Source: Poseidonia sp. (GTDB lineage Archaea > Thermoplasmatota > Poseidoniia > Poseidoniales > Poseidoniaceae). From it: a stretch of 64,000 nucleotides of DNA. Numbering within the stretch: position 1 is the stretch's first letter; the number at the start of each line of letters is the position of its first letter. The stretch lies in assembly GCA_038148515.1 (NCBI GenBank), contig JAYQVP010000003.1, positions 96,603 to 160,602 of the forward strand, in the 5' to 3' direction. The notes beneath the pieces are model-generated. The model saw only the letters and a program-made list of their open reading frames with translations. It made no database searches and was not told where the DNA came from. Shown here in pieces: positions 55,680-64,000 of the stretch. A program made the translations under genes and the position numbers.

Positions 55680-56867
55680 TCACTCTTCGGCGCTACCGAT
55701 GGCGACCTCGGTAAGAGAAGGGCGCATGATGACCACTTCAACGGTGAGCGACCAGTCATTGCCGGGGTCGGGGTCCAACTCCCCGACGATGGCGTCGGGG
55801 TCCGATTGCTTGGCGACCACGGACCATACCCATGTTCCCTGCCCCCGGTCAGCATCACGCGGACGGAGGAGCATCGTCAACAATTCTTCTTCGGAATCAG
55901 CGGTGTACAAGCCGTCCTCGCCGGGCGTGTTGAGGCTCTCAACCTTCATCTCGGCTCGAGCTGGTTCGTTGGTGGAGTAATTGCCGGGTTCGGTGTCCAC
56001 ACTTCGACGCTCGTTATCGTCGATGATGTGGAGGGCCAGCGTGAAATTGTCATGCGGGGGGGCGATGTCTCGTTCCAATTCAAGCAAAGCGTTCAGCGCC
56101 ATCACCCGCCCACTCTCCCCTGGCGTCATGTTGCCTGACCATGTTTCGCCCTGGTCGAGGTACTCGTCCCACGACATGTCGATGGTTTCCGTGACCCACA
56201 CGACCTTGAAGGTGCGGGTCGTGACGTTGACTTCGAAAGCTTCGACTGCAACGGCACCAGCGCTGTCTTCCACACGAAGAACGCCGTTCAGCACCCCGGA
56301 GACGGTGGTATCGAGCAAGACGGTGGGCGTATCGGCGTCCATGTCGTTACGAGAGTCGCCGTCGCCGTCCGTATCCTCTGCGCTGTTCAAGTCCCAGGAA
56401 AAGATCAGGTCGCCCCCCTCGGGGTCCACCGAGGCGGAGGCGTCGAGCAAAGCGGCCTCGCCAGCCCGTACGCGCTCGGGGATGGTCAGGGAGATTGTCG
56501 GAGCCCCATTGACCACCACGGTGGCGACGGCGTCGTCGGTACCCCCTTGGTCGTTGGTCACCGTCAAACGAACCGTGTATTGCCCGTATCGTTGGTAGGT
56601 GTGGGAGGTGAAGCCCACCACGGTTTCTGATGTCGTTCCGTCACCAAAATCCCATTCAAAAGCGGTGATGATGCCCTCGACGGGCGATGAATCCCGGGCA
56701 TCAAACGTGACCATCTCCCCCTCTTGAATGAGGGAAGGGTACGCATCAAGGGTGGCTCGTGGGTCCACGGTGGTGTCGAGAGCGCCCAAACAACCGGCGA
56801 GGCTGGTCAGCATCAGGATGGAAATGAGGATGAACGCCGTCTGACGCTTCTGCCCGACCCTCATCAT
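55680..56867 (-). CDS. PKD-domain lipoprotein
   Basis: Lipobox LAGC, WDFGDG, HTY..G.Y.V.LTVT, second PKD-like domain (LDAS.S.DP), and DTDGDGD Ca-binding-like loop. Confidence 0.87.
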   Translation of the reverse strand: MMRVGQKRQTAFILISILMLTSLAGCLGALDTTVDPRATLDAYPSLIQEGEMVTFDARDSSPVEGIITAFEWDFGDGTTSETVVGFTSHTYQRYGQYTVRLTVTNDQGGTDDAVATVVVNGAPTISLTIPERVRAGEAALLDASASVDPEGGDLIFSWDLNSAEDTDGDGDSRNDMDADTPTVLLDTTVSGVLNGVLRVEDSAGAVAVEAFEVNVTTRTFKVVWVTETIDMSWDEYLDQGETWSGNMTPGESGRVMALNALLELERDIAPPHDNFTLALHIIDDNERRSVDTEPGNYSTNEPARAEMKVESLNTPGEDGLYTADSEEELLTMLLRPRDADRGQGTWVWSVVAKQSDPDAIVGELDPDPGNDWSLTVEVVIMRPSLTEVAIGSAEE

Positions 56868-56929
56868 CACCCAACGAACACCCTCCCTTTCTAATGGTTC
56901 GTGATGAATCGTGCGGTGCTCAGCGGCTT

Positions 56930-57289
56930 TCATGAGCCTTCAAACTCCACGGGCTGAGGCAGGTCTCCTTCGACCGCCGCTGTCATGTAAGGGTCGTCAA
57001 GAGCGGAGACATCAACGATTTCAATCTCGTCGCGATGGGTGAAGCTCTCGTCCTTATCATCGCTGAACAAGACATCGACATCGGCCTCGCTGGCGTCGTA
57101 TGGAGTTGGGGCGATCTTGGGCGTGGTTGAATCGGGTTCATCTTCTTCAAAGAGACGTTGCGCTTCGTTCTCGAATTCAAGACGCACGGAGGCGAAGCTC
57201 ACCTCGTCGTTTGCCTCGTCGTTCATCTCCTCGGCGGCGTGAGTGGACGGGTTTCTACCCCGCCGACGCCACCATCCGCGCAAAGCCAT
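56930..57289 (-). CDS. Small acidic hypothetical protein
   Basis: Acidic ORF beginning MALRGWWRRR, with CTCAAA about 30 nt upstream. Confidence 0.6.
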   Translation of the reverse strand: MALRGWWRRRGRNPSTHAAEEMNDEANDEVSFASVRLEFENEAQRLFEEDEPDSTTPKIAPTPYDASEADVDVLFSDDKDESFTHRDEIEIVDVSALDDPYMTAAVEGDLPQPVEFEGS

Positions 57290-57356
57290 GGGTGTTTGGG
57301 CGTGGCCATGAGGTTTGAGAGTGATGTTCAAATGAGGTGCCAGCGCATCATTTTTC

Positions 57357-58175
57357 ATGGGACAGGACCTCTTCCACGGTGAAAAGGTCTTGGCCTTTGA
57401 CCTTGAAACGACCGGCACCTCCACATCCCGCGACCGCATCGTCCAACTGGCCCTTGTCGGCAGTGATGCAGACGGTCAACCCGTCAACGTGGACATCGTG
57501 GTGAACCCGGGGGTTCGCATCCCTTACGATGCTAGCCGAATTCATGGGCTATACGATTCGGATGTGCGCGGAAAACCCTCCTTTGGCGAAATCGCTGACC
57601 AAGTGGCTGAGATGATCGACGGAGCGGTGCTGGTGGGACACAATGTGCGCCAGTTTGACTATGCCATGCTGAAAAACGAATACCTCCGACTGGGACGCCT
57701 TGCCCCTCAACCCAAAGCGATCATGGACACGCTGGAATTGGTCCGCCGTCTTCGTTTGCCTCGACCGCACAATCTTGGCTCTCTTTGTCAACGCCACGGC
57801 ATTCGTTTGGAGGCAGCCCACACCGCCGGTGCCGATGCAGCGGCCACGATGTTGCTGTTTTGGCGCCTTTCCGTTGAGCATGCTCCGGCCTTCCGTCGGT
57901 CGCTGGCGGAGTTGGAACGCTGGATGGTTCACGGCGATGCCAACAGCGACGCCACCCAACTTGGCCGTGGACTCAACGACCTTGAACCGGTGGACAGCAT
58001 GGGGAAAATACGACGCGATGGGGGAGGCTACGTCATCGCTTTTGGACGTCACCGCGGAAGGTACCTTACGGAAATTCAAGAAAGCGACCCATCGTACATC
58101 GGTTGGTTGCTTTCACCGGGCGGGTTGGATTGCGAAGCCACCAAAGAAGCGATCAAGTCTTTCCTCCGCTCATAA
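57357..58175 (+). CDS. DnaQ-like DEDDh 3'-5' exonuclease with C-terminal ExoX/DUF3820-like domain
   Basis: FDLETTG, HGL, VGHNV..FD, DTL, AH.A.AD, C-terminal FGRHRG...EI...DPSYIGWL. Confidence 0.9.
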   Translation: MGQDLFHGEKVLAFDLETTGTSTSRDRIVQLALVGSDADGQPVNVDIVVNPGVRIPYDASRIHGLYDSDVRGKPSFGEIADQVAEMIDGAVLVGHNVRQFDYAMLKNEYLRLGRLAPQPKAIMDTLELVRRLRLPRPHNLGSLCQRHGIRLEAAHTAGADAAATMLLFWRLSVEHAPAFRRSLAELERWMVHGDANSDATQLGRGLNDLEPVDSMGKIRRDGGGYVIAFGRHRGRYLTEIQESDPSYIGWLLSPGGLDCEATKEAIKSFLRS

Positions 58176-59327
58176 ATCGCCGATGGGCGCCCAAGGCAGC
58201 ACATCGCACCACGGCCCAATTCTCCAGGTGCTTCGGTTCGCCTTGACCGAACCCAAAAACAAGGGACCCTGATGGCCCTCTTCGCTCAAAGCATCCATCA
58301 CTTCCTTGCCGCGCCCGTCGAAATGGCAGGGAACATGTTGGCCTGTTGGCATGACGCGGCCGGTGTCGTCGGCGGGTTCGCACAACTCAAGGGCGGCGGC
58401 TCCTGTTTTGACATCGTAGCGATGCACCAACACCACTGCATCACAGAAATCCCCTTGGTGAAGGCTCTCATTGTTGTGGCGCCACACCCACCAGTGCGGA
58501 CACCAGGCTTTCCAATCGCAAAACCCGCCGCAACTCTCAGGTCCGGGGCTAGGCGCCAAGGGTTCCTCAGTGGGAAGGGTTGCTTGCCAGGCGGCAAAGG
58601 CGTCCTCGAGAACATTAGGGCCTTGCGCATCCCATTTGGAGGAGGTGCTTGTGTACCAACCTTCGGTGCGAACTGGGGGGGCTGACGGGTTGTTCGCCAG
58701 CAAAATGTCGCGGTACATCCGCAATTGGCGGTTCACTTCAGGTTTCAGCTCGCTGGTCGGAGCCCGTCCAGTTTTCAAATCGGCGACCAGCCAGCCGCTC
58801 ACGGCTCCATCATCGTCGACCTCCGCCAGCAACAAATCCAGCCGCCCCATCAACCGACCATCGCTTGTTTTCAACTCGCCCTCCACGGCAATGACTTGTG
58901 ATTGAAGGCGGCGCCACAACGCCACCGTAACCTGTTCGTGAGCGAGGTGGCGGACTCCCAGATGGTCCAAGAGCAGCACGATTCCGCCGTGTTGTTGTTT
59001 GGTGGCTTCGCTGTACTTGCTTTCTTTCCAATCCGGTCGGCGAGGCGTGGCCATGAACAGGGTTTTCTCCTCCTCCCATCGAGTCTTCAGAAACCCCTCG
59101 GCTGTGAGCGGCAGCCATCCTTTTTCCTCGGGAGAGCGTCCTTCGAGGTCTAAGTTGAGCAGATCTTCGATCGATGCATGAACGGCAGTCCCTAATGATG
59201 CTGCCATGCCAGCTTTCCGTGGAAGACGCTGTCGGCTGAGCCAATACATCCTCGGGCATGTTTCGAATCGATTCCATGCCGATGGTGAAAGTTGGTGAGG
59301 TCGGGGGGATTTTGCCTCATCGGTCAT
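58170..59327 (-). CDS. Solo Cas4/RecB-like Fe-S PD-(D/E)xK nuclease with C-terminal extension
   Basis: LSPS...F..CPR.Y, GT.VH, GRLDL, ADLKTG, QL.MY, CGGFCDWKAWC. Confidence 0.85.
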   Translation of the reverse strand: MTDEAKSPRPHQLSPSAWNRFETCPRMYWLSRQRLPRKAGMAASLGTAVHASIEDLLNLDLEGRSPEEKGWLPLTAEGFLKTRWEEEKTLFMATPRRPDWKESKYSEATKQQHGGIVLLLDHLGVRHLAHEQVTVALWRRLQSQVIAVEGELKTSDGRLMGRLDLLLAEVDDDGAVSGWLVADLKTGRAPTSELKPEVNRQLRMYRDILLANNPSAPPVRTEGWYTSTSSKWDAQGPNVLEDAFAAWQATLPTEEPLAPSPGPESCGGFCDWKAWCPHWWVWRHNNESLHQGDFCDAVVLVHRYDVKTGAAALELCEPADDTGRVMPTGQHVPCHFDGRGKEVMDALSEEGHQGPLFLGSVKANRSTWRIGPWCDVLPWAPIGDL

Positions 59328-59411
59328 GGCCTTCCCTTTCCACCCATCATCATCAACGTTTGGTGAGCCAACAAGGAAAGTCTTGAAGGGACATCAGCGG
59401 CAGGGCTAGGC

Positions 59412-60209
59412 ATGGATGCCCCCAGCCTACGCATCAGCACTGCTATTCAACACGAGAACGCCATGGTCATCGCTTGTTTTCCCAGTGTTGGCATGGTCTC
59501 CAGCATCGTAGCACACTACCTCATCGATCATTTGGATCTTGAATTTGTGGGCGGTTTGGTTGATGACCGATTGCCTGCATTGGCCATGATCGACAACGGC
59601 GTTCCCCTACCACCCATCCGAGCCTACGCTGGTAAACCGGCCTGCACCATCGAAGGATGCGACCAAGTGATTCTTCTGATGAGTGAGATGGTGGTTCCTG
59701 AGACGCTGGTCCACAAAATCGTGTGGGCTCTCTTTGAATGGTCGAAGGAACATCAAATCGTCGCCGGTGTCGTGGTCGATGCCTTTGCTCGAGCGGGCAT
59801 GAAGAGCGGTATGGACGGGGTGGATCCCGTGGTGGAATACGAAGACACCGACGAGATTGATATCGTTGGCATCGGGTGCAACGACACCGTACGTGAGATG
59901 CTCAGTGAAATGGGGGTTCCGCTGCTACAGACCGGCGTGATTCGAGGCATGAACGCCGGTATCCTCAGCGAAGCCACTCGCCGAGGTTTGGGCTTGATGT
60001 CCATTATGGTCGAGGCTGACCCACGGTTCCCTGACGCCCGAGCCGCTGCGGCGTTGATTGAGACGCTCAACACCTTGTTGCCGATGGAACTGCCCAACGA
60101 ACCACTCCTTCAAGAAGCGGAAATGTTGGAAGCGCAACTCAAGGCGCTCATGGACGGTGCTCAGGCAGCGGCGGATTCGCCATCCACCAACGCCATGCTC
60201 TACGGCTGA
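59412..60209 (+). CDS. PAC2-family proteasome chaperone/activator homolog with HbYX C-terminus
   Basis: FPSVGMVS.IVA.YLI, P.IRAY, G.IRGMNA.IL, FPDARAAA. Ends MLYG. Confidence 0.87.
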   Translation: MDAPSLRISTAIQHENAMVIACFPSVGMVSSIVAHYLIDHLDLEFVGGLVDDRLPALAMIDNGVPLPPIRAYAGKPACTIEGCDQVILLMSEMVVPETLVHKIVWALFEWSKEHQIVAGVVVDAFARAGMKSGMDGVDPVVEYEDTDEIDIVGIGCNDTVREMLSEMGVPLLQTGVIRGMNAGILSEATRRGLGLMSIMVEADPRFPDARAAAALIETLNTLLPMELPNEPLLQEAEMLEAQLKALMDGAQAAADSPSTNAMLYG

Positions 60210-60210
60210 G

Positions 60211-62475
<2,265 letters not shown>

Positions 62476-62480
62476 TCATC

Positions 62481-62909
62481 TCAACCGAACGATAACGCCA
62501 CGAATTCACTGTTTTCAAGCGGGCATCGCGTCATGATGGCTTCTGGCAACATGCGCAAGTGTATTTCCGCCACGACATGAACGGTTGCAGCGAACATATG
62601 GCCGGCGTGCGGGCGAAGATCGTCGTCGGAAAAGGTCGCGTGGAGGTGAGTAAACGCCTCGCCCGTTTCGCGACGAGCCAGATTGCCCTGCAGGGTGACC
62701 AGTTCGCTGCTGCCCTCAATGGTCACCCGATGGTAGCGGTGGTCGTCGTCCATGTAACCGTAGGTGCTCTGTCGGGTCCGCCCGATGCCGCTGGTGATGG
62801 CGGCGGCATCAAAGCCCACCTCGTCGGCCAGCGCCTGCAGCGAAGCGTGAATCTCTTCACCGGGGTCCAATCGAACGAAGACATCCTCACCGCTTCTAGT
62901 CCATTCCAT
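62481..62909 (-). CDS. PPC/DUF296 domain protein
   Basis: VRLDPGEE, GIG, EL..LQGN, HLHA..SD, AGH. Confidence 0.87.
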   Translation of the reverse strand: MEWTRSGEDVFVRLDPGEEIHASLQALADEVGFDAAAITSGIGRTRQSTYGYMDDDHRYHRVTIEGSSELVTLQGNLARRETGEAFTHLHATFSDDDLRPHAGHMFAATVHVVAEIHLRMLPEAIMTRCPLENSEFVALSFG

Positions 62910-62946
62910 GTTCTGCGCTCGGGCTCTCAGCACATGAGGCTGACGC

Positions 62947-63504
62947 TCATCCCTCTTCTTCGGTGGAGGATGGTGGACGCTTGGCCTGCTCCATGGCCTG
63001 GAGGTATTCTCGAGCGACGGCCAGCGAGGAAGCATCGCCGCCCAAGGGCAGTGGACCAAACGGCCCCCACCCGTTGCGCAGGAGCATGATGCGCTTCTTG
63101 GGTTGGCGGTTGGCCAATCGCAAGCGCTCCCACGGGTACCGCTGGCCGTCGGCAAAGAGGTGCGTGGAGGTGATGGCGTACCGCTTGGGCACCAGTAAAG
63201 AGATGAGGTGCAGACCCAACAAGACATCCCACACAACGGCGTACACAACCGGGGTATCGGAGGCACTGAGCATCGCCCAAGGTAGGACCATCATCGCCGC
63301 CATGGAACCGAGGTTGCCCCACTGACGGATGACTTCGTGAACCCCTTCGCTTTCCCAAGCAAATCCGCCACCTGCCAGTTCGCCCAATTCAGGTACATCC
63401 TGCCGTTGTCGCGTTAGCCAGAAACCATCCCACACGACGATGACGGCAAGAACGAACACAGCAGCCATGGCTACGTGGTGAGACGAAGGGAGTTCAACGA
63501 CCAT
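62947..63504 (-). CDS. Hypothetical membrane protein (3 TM + small soluble domain)
   Basis: Three hydrophobic helices followed by YAIT...F.DG..YPW. Confidence 0.7.
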   Translation of the reverse strand: MVVELPSSHHVAMAAVFVLAVIVVWDGFWLTRQRQDVPELGELAGGGFAWESEGVHEVIRQWGNLGSMAAMMVLPWAMLSASDTPVVYAVVWDVLLGLHLISLLVPKRYAITSTHLFADGQRYPWERLRLANRQPKKRIMLLRNGWGPFGPLPLGGDASSLAVAREYLQAMEQAKRPPSSTEEEG

Positions 63505-63513
63505 CCGCGACCC

Positions 63514-63999
63514 TCACAAGTGCCGCTGGTCGAGTCCGGTGAGGTCGCCGGGTCCGCCCTTACGCAAGCGAGCAAAGAACATCACCACCACGACCACCAA
63601 CAGCGCCAAAACCACCATCAGGGCATTGGTGTTGGTTTCGTTGTCGCCTACGGACACCCCTTCGAGAACATCCGGTGTTCCATCTCCGTCGTCGTCCATG
63701 TCTTCGGTCAGCCAGCTGGTGAACCCGGGCGGACAATCGAGTTCGTCGGGTTGCGTATCGCCGTCCGTGTCCTCGTACGCACAGGGGTCAAGCGGGAAGG
63801 CGTCGTTGCTGTCGCTCACGCCGTCGTTGTCGTCGTCCTCATCGTAGAGATTGGGCCCGCAGGACTTGCCCGTTTGGGGGTCGAACCATGTCGTGGAAGA
63901 ACAACTGCTGGACCAATCTCCGTCCGTGTCCAACTGGGTGTATTCAAAATCCATCGAAGCAGTGGATTGCAGACCTAACGTATCGGTCGCTGTGACCTC
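63514..63999 (-). CDS. C-terminal part of a surface protein with thrombospondin type-3-like Ca-binding repeats and TM anchor (5' partial)
   Basis: DEDDDNDGVSDSNDAFPLDP, DTDGD, DDDGDGTPD, TM helix plus basic residues. Frame is open to the window edge. Confidence 0.85.
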   Translation of the reverse strand, partial: EVTATDTLGLQSTASMDFEYTQLDTDGDWSSSCSSTTWFDPQTGKSCGPNLYDEDDDNDGVSDSNDAFPLDPCAYEDTDGDTQPDELDCPPGFTSWLTEDMDDDGDGTPDVLEGVSVGDNETNTNALMVVLALLVVVVVMFFARLRKGGPGDLTGLDQRHL

Positions 64000-64000
64000 G

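Noticed and set aside
58170-59327. CRISPR-Cas system implied by the Cas4-like gene
   Set aside because: No repeat-spacer array, cas1/cas2 or other cas genes were seen in the window.

Overview
This 64-kb window looks like chromosomal DNA from a marine Thermoplasmatota archaeon, most plausibly Marine Group II / Ca. Poseidoniales. That assignment is an inference from gatE, mcm, trm1, RaSEA, PAC2 and TFB-like genes together with large acidic surface proteins and an NAD-dependent ligase. About 47 CDSs and one tRNA-Arg(GCG) are supported. I saw no CRISPR array, integrase or transposase. Family assignments come from motif recognition, not database searches. The most notable observations are: (1) a cbb3/CcoN-like heme-copper-oxidase-fold membrane protein that has lost all metal-ligand histidines, is fused to two EF-hands, and lies in an operon with a small 2-TM protein and ychF; (2) a non-canonical TATA-position hexamer (YTSAWR) exactly 29 nt upstream of many start codons, in the same window as a highly divergent TFB paralog with a possibly structured leader and uORF; (3) a lone canonical ORB (Orc1/Cdc6 box) in the mcm promoter region; (4) an AddAB-like helicase-nuclease pair with Fe-S cysteine sets in both subunits, plus a solo Cas4-like nuclease, a DnaQ exonuclease and ligA; (5) a probable B12 ECF uptake module, tandem Pth2 paralogs, and two unknown proteins sharing an uncharacterised domain.
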